Shown one piece after another: positions 1 through 12,147 of a DNA stretch of 64,000 nucleotides (within the stretch, counting starts at the first letter, position 1; every line of letters begins with the position of its first letter). Source of the DNA: a bacterium UBP8_UBA817 (GTDB lineage: Bacteria > Margulisbacteria > Marinamargulisbacteria > CAMDBA01). Location: assembly GCA_945888995.1 (NCBI GenBank), contig CAMDBA010000003.1, positions 64,279 through 128,278 of the forward strand, read 5' to 3'. The position numbers and the translations under genes are program-made. Under the pieces are notes generated by a model that had not been told where the DNA came from, did no database searches, and saw only the letters and a program-made list of their open reading frames with translations.

Positions 1-29
1 CGTTGATCTCGCTGTAAAACTGATTATCC

Positions 30-815
30 ATGGGGCATAAACTCGGACAAGTCTTCATTAAAGACAAAAACATTTTTGAAAAGCTTATTCGATATGCCGA
101 CATTCAGCCGGATAACATTGTCGTCGAAATCGGATGTGGGGAAGGTTATCTCTCAGCGGAAATGGCTAAAAAATGCAAAAAACTCTATATCATCGAGATT
201 GATCCGCGGTGCATCGAGCTCACCGTCCCAAAGCTTCCCGAAAACGTCACGATTATCGAGGCGGACATTCTTAAAACCGGATTTTCCGAAATCACCGAAC
301 CCCGGTTTCGGGTCATCGCCAATATCCCCTATTATATTTCAGCGCCGATCGTCAAAGTTTTAATCGACTACAAAGACAAATTAGACTCTGCAATCTTAAT
401 GGTCCAAGACGAATTCGCCCGAAAATTATTAGCCGCTCCAGGCCAAAAAGACTATGGATCTTTCTCGGTCTACACCCGATATTTCTTTCATACCGACTGG
501 TTATTTCCGGTCTCCAGAACATGTTTTCGCCCGGTCCCTAAAGTCGAATCCGCCGTCATTCGCATGACCCCTCACGAGAATCCACCTTTTGAATGTGACA
601 TCGACTTATTTTCAAGCATCGTACGCTCCGCCTTTTGGGGGCGCCGCAAGACCCTGTCGAATTGCGTCACCAATAGCCCCTACCTCTCGCATCTAGGGCT
701 CAAAGCCGCAACCATTCCATTTTTCACAAAACATCCTGCCGTCCGTGGCGAAACCCTTTCAATCCTGCAATTCTATGAACTCTATCAAGACATTCACGCC
801 ATTCTTCAAAATTAA
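30..815 (+). CDS. rsmA: 16S rRNA (adenine1518/1519-N6)-dimethyltransferase RsmA/KsgA
   Basis: 261-aa ORF. SAM-binding motif VVEIGCGEGYLS, IIEID acidic loop and the NIPYYISAPI motif typical of KsgA/Erm-family dimethyltransferases. Confidence 0.9.
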   Translation: MGHKLGQVFIKDKNIFEKLIRYADIQPDNIVVEIGCGEGYLSAEMAKKCKKLYIIEIDPRCIELTVPKLPENVTIIEADILKTGFSEITEPRFRVIANIPYYISAPIVKVLIDYKDKLDSAILMVQDEFARKLLAAPGQKDYGSFSVYTRYFFHTDWLFPVSRTCFRPVPKVESAVIRMTPHENPPFECDIDLFSSIVRSAFWGRRKTLSNCVTNSPYLSHLGLKAATIPFFTKHPAVRGETLSILQFYELYQDIHAILQN

Positions 816-862
816 CCATTCTCTAATTGACCGGCGTTCGATCAGCATGATAGCTTCACAAG

Positions 863-1123
863 ATGATTTTTGACCTCACTACCATCGTCGGACTCTCTGC
901 AGGATTAGTGACTACTTTAGGATACTTCCCTCAAGTCATCCGCTGCTACCGGACCAAAAGCGCCGCAGATATTTCGCTTTATATGCCCTGTCTTTTGATC
1001 TTTGGTATCTCACTATGGCTGGCATACGGATTTCTACTTCACTCCTGGCCGATCATCCTCGCCAATATTTTCTCTCTATTCGCCAATTTTTTTCTTCTGC
1101 TATTAAAAATTAAATACCGCTAA
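863..1123 (+). CDS. SemiSWEET-like small PQ-loop transporter (3 TM helices)
   Basis: 86 aa with three hydrophobic helices and a PQ motif (GYFPQVIRCYRTK). Size and topology fit bacterial SemiSWEETs. Confidence 0.65.
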   Translation: MIFDLTTIVGLSAGLVTTLGYFPQVIRCYRTKSAADISLYMPCLLIFGISLWLAYGFLLHSWPIILANIFSLFANFFLLLLKIKYR

Positions 1124-1190
1124 TTCAAGTTTCCAACTCTGAGCTGGTGTTTAAAAAGCCATTTTTTAAGCTCAAAAATTCGTATTAGAC

Positions 1191-1219
1191 TTGAAAAATA
1201 CCCCGCAATAAAAGATAAT
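1191..1219 (+). promoter_or_regulatory. sigma70-type promoter candidate for the aconitase gene
   Basis: TTGAAA (1191-1196), exact 17-nt spacer, GATAAT (1214-1219). The ATG at 1229 lies only 9 nt after the -10 box and has no Shine-Dalgarno. Confidence 0.45.
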
Positions 1220-1228
1220 AACCTCACT

Positions 1229-3490
<2,262 letters not shown>

Positions 3491-3505
3491 TAAGGATCAA
3501 ACTAT

Positions 3506-3537
3506 AAAGAAAGGGCTAAATAATCAGCCCTTTCTTT
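3506..3537. terminator. hairpin terminator between convergent aconitase and gmhB
   Basis: Perfect 12-bp stem AAAGAAAGGGCT (3506-3517) / AGCCCTTTCTTT (3526-3537) with an 8-nt loop. The right arm is T-rich. The hairpin overlaps the last codons of gmhB. Confidence 0.55.
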
Positions 3538-4052
3538 ACGTCTTCCAGATCTTTACAGACAAAATTCGCCTTTGTTACCGCCGGTATATTACTCGACAAT
3601 AGAATAGTCTGAGTCCCCATCTCATTCCCACATTCGATATCGGATTCAGAATCCCCGATAAAAATGGATCTCGAAAAGTCGATATCAGGAAAAGCGGCCT
3701 TTGCCTGTAGTCCCATCCCAATCGCAGGTTTTCGGCAAGAACAATTGTCGGATTTTAAATGAGGACAAACATAAATCCCATCGATACGTCCGCCACGCGA
3801 GTCTACCTGAGCGCAAAGCTTCTCATGAATCTGATGAACATTCTCTAGACTCATCAGTCCTTTTCCGACCCCTTGCTGATTAGTGATAATCACAATACGC
3901 GCAAAATAAGTCGAAAAAAACGGAATGGTCTCCAGAAAATCCGGCAAAAACTCAAACGCATCCCAATTCCGGACATACTCGTCGATCAGCCGCCGGTTAA
4001 TCACCCCATCTCGGTCAAGAAAAAGTGTCCAACCGACCCAATTTACCTTCAT
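3516..4052 (-). CDS. gmhB: D-glycero-D-manno-heptose 1,7-bisphosphate phosphatase (HAD family)
   Basis: HAD motif I LFLDRDGVIN, Zn-binding CPHLKSDNCSCRKP and GDSESD motif. Translationally coupled to gmhA. Confidence 0.85.
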   Translation of the reverse strand: MKVNWVGWTLFLDRDGVINRRLIDEYVRNWDAFEFLPDFLETIPFFSTYFARIVIITNQQGVGKGLMSLENVHQIHEKLCAQVDSRGGRIDGIYVCPHLKSDNCSCRKPAIGMGLQAKAAFPDIDFSRSIFIGDSESDIECGNEMGTQTILLSSNIPAVTKANFVCKDLEDVKKGLII

Positions 4053-4639
4053 GCAGCCGGTTTGCCGAATAACGCTTCTTCAACCCATTCGCAGATAATA
4101 TGTCCAATCATAATATGGGATTCCTGAATTCGCGGCGTATCGGTAGACGGAACACCGATCCAATGGGTAGCTAAAGACTTCATTGCCCCGCCGGATTGCC
4201 CGGTCAGTCCCACGGTAATCATATTTTTCTCAGCCGCCGCTTCAAAAGCGCGAACAATATTTTTAGAATTACCGGACGTTGATAACCCAACCAGAATATC
4301 TCCCGGACGGCCAAAACCTCTTACAAGACGCGCATAAACTTCATCATACGCATAATCATTTGCAACAGCCGTCAGGTAAGACGAATTCACATGGAGCGCT
4401 TCTGAAAACAACGGAGGGCGGTCAAAATAAAACCGGCCGGACAATTCTGCTGACAAATGTTGCGCATCGGCCGCACTACCACCATTTCCGCAAAACCAAA
4501 CTTTATGATCCTGACGAAAAGCAGACACCATAACAGTTGAAACCTCTTCAATACATCCAAGCACCGCCGTATCGGCCAAAACCGCTTGTTTAGTCTCAAT
4601 AGACTGTTGAATTCTCTGAGCGATATTAAGGACACTCAT
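4049..4639 (-). CDS. gmhA: phosphoheptose isomerase (SIS domain)
   Basis: 196 aa with SIS-domain motifs CGNGGSAADAQHLSAEL and GLSTSGNS. Adjacent to gmhB. Confidence 0.85.
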   Translation of the reverse strand: MSVLNIAQRIQQSIETKQAVLADTAVLGCIEEVSTVMVSAFRQDHKVWFCGNGGSAADAQHLSAELSGRFYFDRPPLFSEALHVNSSYLTAVANDYAYDEVYARLVRGFGRPGDILVGLSTSGNSKNIVRAFEAAAEKNMITVGLTGQSGGAMKSLATHWIGVPSTDTPRIQESHIMIGHIICEWVEEALFGKPAA

Positions 4640-4648
4640 CGATATCCC

Positions 4649-4948
4649 CTACCGTTTCCCATATTGAAATAAGAAGTCCTCTTCACTCATGAGAAAATAA
4701 CGAATCCCTTCAATAAACCCAATCAATGCAGGTATAAATGTCCAGGAAAAAACGAGATAAATCAGGCCTTGAATCGGCTTACCTAAATAAAACTTATGAA
4801 TCCCGAATCCACCGACAAACAACGCCAGAATACCCGCCACAAATTTACTCTTATAAGACAAATTCCGCGATCCGCAATGCATGCAAAGCTCGGCACGAAG
4901 TGGAATCTGCTCCCCACATCCTTTACATTCGATCATCACTCGATTCAC
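4649..4948 (-). CDS. TM2 domain membrane protein with N-terminal zinc ribbon
   Basis: CxxC...CxxC (CKGCGEQ...CMHCGS) followed by a TM2-like pair of helices (GGFGIHKFYLGK). Confidence 0.7.
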   Translation of the reverse strand: MNRVMIECKGCGEQIPLRAELCMHCGSRNLSYKSKFVAGILALFVGGFGIHKFYLGKPIQGLIYLVFSWTFIPALIGFIEGIRYFLMSEEDFLFQYGKR

Positions 4949-4971
4949 AATACTTTCCTTTCAAAGAAAAA

Positions 4972-5048
4972 TGGTGTCCCCGACAGGAATTGAACCTGTG
5001 GCCTTCAGATTAGGAATCTGACGCTCTATCCAACTGAGCTACGAGGAC
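4972..5048 (-). tRNA. tRNA-Arg (anticodon CCT), CCA encoded
   Basis: The reverse complement folds as a cloverleaf: acceptor GTCCTCG/CGGGGAC, D arm GCTC-AGTTGGATA-GAGC, anticodon stem TCAGA/TCTGA with loop TTCCTAA, T arm ACAGG-TTCAATT-CCTGT, discriminator A plus CCA. Confidence 0.92.
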
Positions 5049-5101
5049 ACACGTGCAATGAAACTATAGCGAGGATCACCTTCAAGGTCAACTTAGGCCG
5101 G

Positions 5102-6484
5102 TTAGCCGATTAATTCCCTCAAAAAATTTCGGTCCAAAAAGTCCTGATAATACCGGTCAATCGACATCGCCAAAGCACGTGTCTGCTCGTCGGGATCTTC
5201 TTTTAATTGCGCCAGACGTTGAAGGCTTTGTCCGATCGGCTGCAGCTCGGTGATATCTTTTAATAACGCACCTTCAATATAACGCGGCACCAGATAACGA
5301 TGCAGATGTTCCGCCTTCGGTGATGGATGATAATTCAGATAGGCCCGATTAAAAAGCTGAATCAGGTACGTATCTTTTTTCTCGGACTTGGCCGCAAGAA
5401 GCTGACGAAGTAAGCCATGATAGCGCTCCGGGTCCGCCATTAAATCGGCCACCCACTCTCCCAACGTTTCAATCCGCTGAAACCCGAGCTCATGAATCTG
5501 GTGTTCGATATCCCAGTCTTTTTTGATCATCTCAAAGTATTGATCCCGCTTCAATGAATTCAGAAACAGATCAGCGGAGGCCTGTTGAACAAGTGAGCTA
5601 AACCGCATCACTTCTTCAGTACTCATTGGCTCCAGAATAAAACTTGCCTTGTTCGGATTAATATATCGAATCGCAGCCAACGGCTCCGACGGTTGCAAAA
5701 AATACGCTTCAAGATCCAACGCCAATACATCTTTTCCCCCATAGACTAAGCGAAGCCAATACCGATAGGTAAACTTTTTTGGCGTTTCCCCATTTTTCGG
5801 ATAATCTGCGACCTTCTGCTTAGCAAGACCGGGAGTCGCTTCAAGAAACTCCGGAATAAGCCAAACTGGCCGAAAGTCCAGCAAAGACTCTCCATAGCGT
5901 GCCTGAATCGCTTGAACCAAGCGAATCAAAAGCGTGACATCTTCTTCAGCACTATGAATCTGCGCGCCGGCTAATAACGCATGCGACGTCGCCACAGTTT
6001 CAAGGGTAAATGTATAATAAAAATTTCGGTCGGCTTTTTCAACCAATGCCCAAGGAAATTGATCGACATGGGTATAAGCCACCCACTGCACAAAATGCAG
6101 AACATCCAAATTCCCCATTTTTCCATCAAAGTACGGATTAATCCCATATCGAATCAATAAATTCCGCAAGAAATTCAGGTCAAATTGATTGGAATTATAT
6201 CCCACCAAGGTACAGTATCCATGTTGCTGAACCTGGCTTAATAAAAACCGGTAAATACGGACGGCCGCCTGAAATTCAGTATTACCCTCTTGTTGATGCG
6301 TTTCCAAATCAATTTTATTGGTCAAAATCGCATCAATTTCGGGAAGTTGAATCCGATTCAGGCGGATTTTTCCTGAACAGGTTTCGACCACCTGAAATTG
6401 ACTATCCACCACGACAAAGCAGTAAGTCAGAATCTGACCGAGTAGCTGCCTTGACGAGGTTTCGAAATCATAAAAAATATACAC
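5102..6484 (-). CDS. sbcB: exodeoxyribonuclease I-like DEDDh 3'-5' exonuclease
   Basis: 460 aa. Exo motifs YDFETS, GYNSNQFD and HSAEEDV in the order and spacing of E. coli ExoI, and a similar overall length. Confidence 0.6.
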   Translation of the reverse strand: MYIFYDFETSSRQLLGQILTYCFVVVDSQFQVVETCSGKIRLNRIQLPEIDAILTNKIDLETHQQEGNTEFQAAVRIYRFLLSQVQQHGYCTLVGYNSNQFDLNFLRNLLIRYGINPYFDGKMGNLDVLHFVQWVAYTHVDQFPWALVEKADRNFYYTFTLETVATSHALLAGAQIHSAEEDVTLLIRLVQAIQARYGESLLDFRPVWLIPEFLEATPGLAKQKVADYPKNGETPKKFTYRYWLRLVYGGKDVLALDLEAYFLQPSEPLAAIRYINPNKASFILEPMSTEEVMRFSSLVQQASADLFLNSLKRDQYFEMIKKDWDIEHQIHELGFQRIETLGEWVADLMADPERYHGLLRQLLAAKSEKKDTYLIQLFNRAYLNYHPSPKAEHLHRYLVPRYIEGALLKDITELQPIGQSLQRLAQLKEDPDEQTRALAMSIDRYYQDFLDRNFLRELIG

Positions 6485-6506
6485 AGGCGTGTTTAGTTAA
6501 AACGCT

Positions 6507-7643
6507 CTAAAACAGACTTTTCACATAGTCGAAAATGTTTTTAGAGGATTTGTCAGTCGTTCGCAACGCGTCTAATTGTTCCAAAAGTTCTTTTTCTTTA
6601 GACGACAAATTATGGGGGATTGAAAGCTTCACCGCCACATGCTGATCTCCGCGACCATAGCCTTTAAGATGAGGAATCCCTTTACCTTTTAATTTTAGAA
6701 TGGTGTTCGGTTGAGTCCCGGCAGGAATCTTCAATGACGCTTTCCCATCTAAAATCGGCACATCCATCTCGGTTCCCAACGCCGCTTTCGTATATGGAAT
6801 CTCGACTTCCATGAACAAGTCGTCGTTTCTTCGTTGAAAATACTTATGGTTTTTAACCGCAATAAAGACGTATAAATCGCCGGCAGGCCCACCACCTTCT
6901 CCGGCATTTCCTTCTCCGGACACCCGCAAGCGAGTCCCGTTATCCACACCGGCAGGAACCTGTACTTTAATGCGTTTTTTAGCTTTTTCAATCCCATGAC
7001 CATGGCAAAGCAAACATGGGTTTTTCACAATTGAACCACTGCCATTACAATGATGACAGGGCACGACTTGCGAAAAACTTCCCAACATTGTGCGTTGAAC
7101 CGTTCGCAATTTCCCGGCCCCCTTACAAGTCGAACACGTGGTTTTCGCGGTTCCGGGCTGAGCGCCGCTGCCTTCGCAACGGGAACACTTTTCGAGATGA
7201 AAAATATCAATTTCCCGTGAAACACCAGTCGCCACTTCTTCTAAAGTCAGCTCCATATCATATCGAAGATCTTCTCCGCGCCGGGCTCCGGTAGACCCAC
7301 CTCCGGCATTACCGCCTCTGGAGCGGCGTTGGCCGCCCCCAAAAAAGACGTCGAAGATATCTTCGAATGAATCACCGAATCCACCTTCAAAGCCGCCGCC
7401 GAATCCACCCGCGCCTGCGCCAGGTGAATCATCCGTTACGCCAAATTGATCATAATTAGATTTTTTCTGAGCATCGGATAAAATATCATACGATTTTTGG
7501 ATCTCTTTGAATCTAGTTTCGGCATCAGCTGCCTTATTCACATCCGGATGATACTCACGCGCCAAACGGCGATACGCTTTTTTAATCTCGGCATCCGATG
7601 CGCCTTTAGACAACCCTAAAACTACATATAAGTCTTGTGCCAT
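6507..7643 (-). CDS. dnaJ: molecular chaperone DnaJ
   Basis: J-domain HPD motif (YHPDVN), G/F-rich linker and four CxxCxGxG zinc-finger repeats. Confidence 0.96.
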   Translation of the reverse strand: MAQDLYVVLGLSKGASDAEIKKAYRRLAREYHPDVNKAADAETRFKEIQKSYDILSDAQKKSNYDQFGVTDDSPGAGAGGFGGGFEGGFGDSFEDIFDVFFGGGQRRSRGGNAGGGSTGARRGEDLRYDMELTLEEVATGVSREIDIFHLEKCSRCEGSGAQPGTAKTTCSTCKGAGKLRTVQRTMLGSFSQVVPCHHCNGSGSIVKNPCLLCHGHGIEKAKKRIKVQVPAGVDNGTRLRVSGEGNAGEGGGPAGDLYVFIAVKNHKYFQRRNDDLFMEVEIPYTKAALGTEMDVPILDGKASLKIPAGTQPNTILKLKGKGIPHLKGYGRGDQHVAVKLSIPHNLSSKEKELLEQLDALRTTDKSSKNIFDYVKSLF

Positions 7644-7646
7644 GTG

Positions 7647-9578
7647 TTATTTCTTACCTTGCTCGTCCACCTCTGAATAATCAGCATCTACGATGGTATC
7701 GTCGTTTTTATTGGTTGTAGATTCGGAAGAAGTGGCATCAGGACCTTCCTGAGCACCGGATTGAGATTGAGGAGCGCCTTCAGCAGATTTATAAAGTTCC
7801 GCTGACATTTCATAAACGGCTTGTTGAAATTTTTCCACTTCAGCCGTAATTTGTGCCGCATCTTCAGACAGCAATACTTGCTTCAGGGATTCAAGACCGG
7901 ATTCAATTTTCGCCTTGGTTTCAGGATTGATCTTTTCTTCATTTTCTTTCAAGGTTTTCTCAGTCGAATAGACCAAAGAGTCCGCCTGATTTTTAGCTTC
8001 AATCAATTCTTTACGTTTTTTATCTTCTTCAGCGTGCAATTCCGCATCCTGTTTCATTTTCTCGATATCATCTTTGCTCAAACCGGAAGACGCGGTAATG
8101 GTAATACGTTGCTCTTTACCGGTCGCTTTATCTTTGGCTCGAACATTCAAAATACCGTTCGCATCGATATCAAATGTCACTTCCACCTGAGGAACGCCAC
8201 GGGGCGAAGATGGAATGCCTTCAAGAGTAAATCGCCCTAAGCTACGGTTATGAGTGGCGATTTCACGCTCACCTTGTAAAACATGAATTTCAACGCTGGT
8301 CTGGCCATCCGCAGCCGTTGAGAACACCTGGCTCTTAGAGGTTGGAATTGTGGTATTACGTTCGATTAACCGAGTCATAACACCGCCCAATGTTTCAATA
8401 CCAAAAGATAGTGGCGTCACATCAAGCAAGACAATGTCTTTAACATCGCCGGCTAAAACTGCACCTTGAATCGCCGCACCGATGGCCACGACTTCATCAG
8501 GGTTCACACCTTTATGAGGTTCTTTACCGAAATAGTTTTTAACCGCTTGCTGAATTGCAGGAATCCGGGTCGTTCCACCCACAAGAATAACTTCATGAAT
8601 TTCGTTGACGCTAAGGCCCGCATCCGCAATCGCTTTTTTACAAGGCTCCATCGAGCGTTGGATAAACTTATCGATCATTTGCTCAAATTTAGCCCGGGTC
8701 AGCTGAACATTTAAATGCTTCGGCCCATTGTTATCCGCGGTAATAAACGGAAGATTAATATCAGTTGTCACGGTAGAAGAAAGCTCAATTTTGGCTTTTT
8801 CCGCGGCTTCTTTCAAACGTTGAACCGCCATTTGGTCTTTGCTCAAATCCACACCTTGGTCTTTTTTGAATTCCGCTACCAACCAGTTAATAATTTCTTG
8901 GTCGATATCGTCTCCACCCAAGTGGGTATCTCCATTTGTAGATAACACTTCAAAAACGCCATCACCGATTTCCAAAATCGAGACGTCAAATGTACCTCCA
9001 CCGAAGTCATAAACTGCGATTTTCTGGTCGTGTTTTTTATCTAATCCGTAAGCCAATGCCGCCGCAGTCGGCTCATTGATAATACGTAAGACTTCAAGAC
9101 CTGCAATTTCACCGGCATCTTTAGTGGCTTTACGCTGGCTGTCATTAAAGTAAGCCGGAACAGTAATAACCGCTTGCTTCACTTCTTCGCCCAGGTAGCT
9201 TTCAGCGTCTTTTTTCAATTTTTGAAGAACCATCGCTGAAATTTCAGGTGGCGTGTATTGCTTGCCGACAACCTCCACAACAATAACACCGTCTTTACGA
9301 TCGGTAATTTTATATGGCACCATTTTTTCTTCGGATAATACTTCATCATGTTTGCGACCCATAAACCGTTTAATACTATAAACCGTATTTTGAGGATTGG
9401 TGACCGCTTGGCGCTTTGCGACTTGTCCGACAAGACGTTCTCCGTCTTTTGTAAAACCCACAACGGATGGAGTTGTTCTTGCACCTTCAGCGTTCGCGAT
9501 AACCTGAGGGTCTCCCGCTTCCATAACCGATACACAAGAGTTTGTTGTTCCTAAATCTATACCAATAATTTTAGCCAT
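7647..9578 (-). CDS. dnaK: molecular chaperone DnaK (Hsp70)
   Basis: Hsp70 signatures [19 protein letters not shown] and [11 protein letters not shown]. 643 aa. Confidence 0.98.
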   Translation of the reverse strand: MAKIIGIDLGTTNSCVSVMEAGDPQVIANAEGARTTPSVVGFTKDGERLVGQVAKRQAVTNPQNTVYSIKRFMGRKHDEVLSEEKMVPYKITDRKDGVIVVEVVGKQYTPPEISAMVLQKLKKDAESYLGEEVKQAVITVPAYFNDSQRKATKDAGEIAGLEVLRIINEPTAAALAYGLDKKHDQKIAVYDFGGGTFDVSILEIGDGVFEVLSTNGDTHLGGDDIDQEIINWLVAEFKKDQGVDLSKDQMAVQRLKEAAEKAKIELSSTVTTDINLPFITADNNGPKHLNVQLTRAKFEQMIDKFIQRSMEPCKKAIADAGLSVNEIHEVILVGGTTRIPAIQQAVKNYFGKEPHKGVNPDEVVAIGAAIQGAVLAGDVKDIVLLDVTPLSFGIETLGGVMTRLIERNTTIPTSKSQVFSTAADGQTSVEIHVLQGEREIATHNRSLGRFTLEGIPSSPRGVPQVEVTFDIDANGILNVRAKDKATGKEQRITITASSGLSKDDIEKMKQDAELHAEEDKKRKELIEAKNQADSLVYSTEKTLKENEEKINPETKAKIESGLESLKQVLLSEDAAQITAEVEKFQQAVYEMSAELYKSAEGAPQSQSGAQEGPDATSSESTTNKNDDTIVDADYSEVDEQGKK

Positions 9579-9593
9579 TGTATTTTCTCCTTT

Positions 9594-10217
9594 TTATTTT
9601 GAAACGACGACCATTGAAGGCCGTAAAATTTTACCGTGAAACAAATATCCGGTCTGTAAAACCTTGATAACCGTATTAGACTCCACGCCGTCTTTTTCTT
9701 CACTCATCACCGCCTGGTGCTTATTCGGATCAAAAGGCGTATTGTCTGCCTCAATAGGGGTCACCCCTATTTTTTCTAAAATCGTGTGGAATTGTTTTTG
9801 AATCAACACAAACCCTTCCAACGCGTCTTCGGGTTTCTCGCTACCTTCAAAGGCATGCTGAACCGCTCTGTCAAAACTATCCAACACCGGTAAAAGCGCC
9901 AGAACCAATTTCTCGTTTCCGAACTTGATTGCATCCGCTTTTTCAAGTTCCTTACGTTTTTTATAATTTTCCATCTCAGCGTATACGCGCAAATATTTTT
10001 CCTGCGCTTCTTTAATGATCTGGTCTTTTTGCACTAATAACGCGTCTTTTTTATCTTCTTGAGAAGAAATAGGCGCATCTTCACTCTCATCTTCGCTCAA
10101 TTCCATATCCATCACTTCCAACGCATCCAATTCGTCTGCGGTCGGCTCAGGATCGATCGTAAGCGGCTCTTCAGGGATCGTTTTTTCTTGAGTATCTTGC
10201 ATAAAACCCTCCTTCAT
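9594..10217 (-). CDS. grpE: nucleotide exchange factor GrpE
   Basis: Acidic N-terminus, coiled coil and a GrpE C-terminal beta domain (GYLFHGKILRPSMVVV). Located between hrcA and dnaK. Confidence 0.93.
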   Translation of the reverse strand: MKEGFMQDTQEKTIPEEPLTIDPEPTADELDALEVMDMELSEDESEDAPISSQEDKKDALLVQKDQIIKEAQEKYLRVYAEMENYKKRKELEKADAIKFGNEKLVLALLPVLDSFDRAVQHAFEGSEKPEDALEGFVLIQKQFHTILEKIGVTPIEADNTPFDPNKHQAVMSEEKDGVESNTVIKVLQTGYLFHGKILRPSMVVVSK

Positions 10218-11284
10218 TCTATGATTTTCAGACTTTCCGACACATCTTGTGCCCCTAAATAAGTATTAACCCTCTGAGTAATCTTTTCAAGCATCGGTGC
10301 AATTGTCGGATAATTCATCCGCTTAGGCCCCAGAACGCACACCATTCCCACGGACGTCTCCCCCATTTTCAAAGGAGAAATCAACAAGCCGCATTCCTTA
10401 AAATTTTCTACCCTATGTTCTTCTCCGATCACTATCTGTTGGTTTCCTTCCGACAAATAGTGAGACAAAACGCTGCATAATACCTTGGTTTCCTCTAATG
10501 CTTCCAGTACTTTTTGGGTATATTCAATATTCTTAAACTCAGGCAATCGCAACATTTTGGCAATTCCTTTAGTTAGAACAGAGCGATTCTGAGTAAAAGA
10601 AGTCGAAATCCGCTGCACCTGCACATAAAGCTGGGATAATACGATCTTGAACTGAGGCAATTCCGCCACTAGTTCATTTAATACTTGCTCATCCAAGCGA
10701 GCTAGAGATTTACCTGCAAGCTTCCGGGTCAATAATTGAGATAAGGCATTCAAGTCATCCTGACCAATCGCATCACTAATATTGAGTAAAAATTCTTGAT
10801 TTACCCCGATCGAATTCAGAATCACCACTAAAATTTTATTAAGATCCACCAGAACAAGCTGAATAAGCTTCAACGAATCCTGATACACATCCGGCGTCAT
10901 CACAATAATCGTATAATCAATTAACGACGTCAAAATAGACGTTACCTGAAAGACCACCTCTTCCAGATCCGATCCGACTAATAGCAATTTCTGCTCCATT
11001 TCCTCCGCTTGAATCGAAGGCACTGTATGCTGCGGCATGAGATCATCCACATAGAGCCGGTACCCTTTATCGGTAGGCACTCGCCCGGAAGACGTATGTA
11101 AATGCGCCAGATACCCATCTTTTTCCAGGTCGTTAAGCTCACCGCGAATGGTAGCCGCACTCAATTGGAACTGCCCCGAATCCAACAACGCCTTAGACCC
11201 GACAGGTTCTGCCGTTTTAATATAATTGGAGATCGTCGCCTCCAAAATTATTTTTTTACGCTCATCTAACTGCTTATTGATCAT
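10214..11284 (-). CDS. hrcA: heat-inducible transcription repressor HrcA
   Basis: N-terminal winged helix (ERKKIILEATISNYIKTAEPVGSKAL) and HrcA C-terminal domain. I prefer the ATG at 11284, because the GTG extension to 11302 would run into the CIRCE operator. Confidence 0.93.
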   Translation of the reverse strand: MINKQLDERKKIILEATISNYIKTAEPVGSKALLDSGQFQLSAATIRGELNDLEKDGYLAHLHTSSGRVPTDKGYRLYVDDLMPQHTVPSIQAEEMEQKLLLVGSDLEEVVFQVTSILTSLIDYTIIVMTPDVYQDSLKLIQLVLVDLNKILVVILNSIGVNQEFLLNISDAIGQDDLNALSQLLTRKLAGKSLARLDEQVLNELVAELPQFKIVLSQLYVQVQRISTSFTQNRSVLTKGIAKMLRLPEFKNIEYTQKVLEALEETKVLCSVLSHYLSEGNQQIVIGEEHRVENFKECGLLISPLKMGETSVGMVCVLGPKRMNYPTIAPMLEKITQRVNTYLGAQDVSESLKIIE

Positions 11285-11295
11285 TATTAACCATA

Positions 11296-11322
11296 TTAGC
11301 ACTCTATAGGAGAGAGTGCCAG
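11296..11322. promoter_or_regulatory. CIRCE operator (HrcA binding site)
   Basis: TTAGCACTC-N9-GAGTGCCAG compared with consensus TTAGCACTC-N9-GAGTGCTAA. Sits 12 nt upstream of the hrcA ATG. Confidence 0.85.
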
Positions 11323-11328
11323 ATCTGA

Positions 11329-12147
11329 CTAAGAAAAAGCTCCTGTATTATCCGATTCCAAAAATAAGTCATACGCTTTTTTTATCGAATGACTAATAGG
11401 CCCGGATTTTAAATGAGGATAGCCGTTCGTTTGGCTAATTAGTGCGATACCTTTCAATGAATTTGTCAAAAAGATCTCATCCGCATTTTGCAAATCAGCC
11501 TGAAAGAGAGGCTTTTCAATAATCTCAAAACCAAAATAAGCACCCTTTTTCAGCAGACATTTCCGTACAATACCCGGCAAAACAAAAAGCGATTTAGGCG
11601 TAAAAATTATCTTGTCCATTACCAGGAAAACCGATGCCATCGTGGTTTCATACAGACGTCCCGACTTGCCATATAAAAGAACATCATCAAAGTCCGACGC
11701 TCGCTTTTTTTCTAAAATCGGTTTTAGATACGACATCGATTTAAACCGGTCCAACAGTGTCCGCGCAAATTGTTCTTTTTGAACGGTGATACTTAGGGGG
11801 TGATCGTCAGGCAACTTTCGAACCCCCATCCACCAACGAGGCGAATTAGAATCTCGGTCCCCGCCCGTCAGATAAATATTGAGTACGACATCAGGTGACT
11901 GGTTCGCAATAACAAGAGATTGAACCGCCTGATCAAGATCTGCTAAAGAGTCCGGCAAAGGAATACCCAACTGCCCGGCACTGTATTTAAGTCGATCCAC
12001 ATGCGCCTTTAAAAAAATGGGCCGGGATTGCTTCACCAGAATCGTCTCAAACACACCATATCCATATAAGACGCCCTGATCCTGCCATGGCATTTTAACA
12101 GCCTGCACATTAAATAACTGTCCATCCGCTATAATCCAGGGATACAT
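11329..12147 (-). CDS. pabC: aminodeoxychorismate lyase / class IV aminotransferase
   Basis: 272-aa fold-type IV PLP enzyme pattern. Overlaps and follows pabB. Confidence 0.7.
   Translation of the reverse strand: MYPWIIADGQLFNVQAVKMPWQDQGVLYGYGVFETILVKQSRPIFLKAHVDRLKYSAGQLGIPLPDSLADLDQAVQSLVIANQSPDVVLNIYLTGGDRDSNSPRWWMGVRKLPDDHPLSITVQKEQFARTLLDRFKSMSYLKPILEKKRASDFDDVLLYGKSGRLYETTMASVFLVMDKIIFTPKSLFVLPGIVRKCLLKKGAYFGFEIIEKPLFQADLQNADEIFLTNSLKGIALISQTNGYPHLKSGPISHSIKKAYDLFLESDNTGAFS

Noticed and set aside
7821-8945. Plus-strand ORFs of 76-139 aa (7821..8240, 8466..8714, 8715..8945) opposite dnaK
   Set aside because: They lie entirely antisense to a strongly supported dnaK CDS. Their translations are low-complexity (F/R/I-rich) mirror images with no motifs, as is typical of antisense open frames.
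11285-11302. GTG-initiated 6-codon extension of hrcA
   Set aside because: It would place the CIRCE operator inside the coding sequence. The ATG at 11284 gives the conserved HrcA N-terminus (MINKQLDERKK...).
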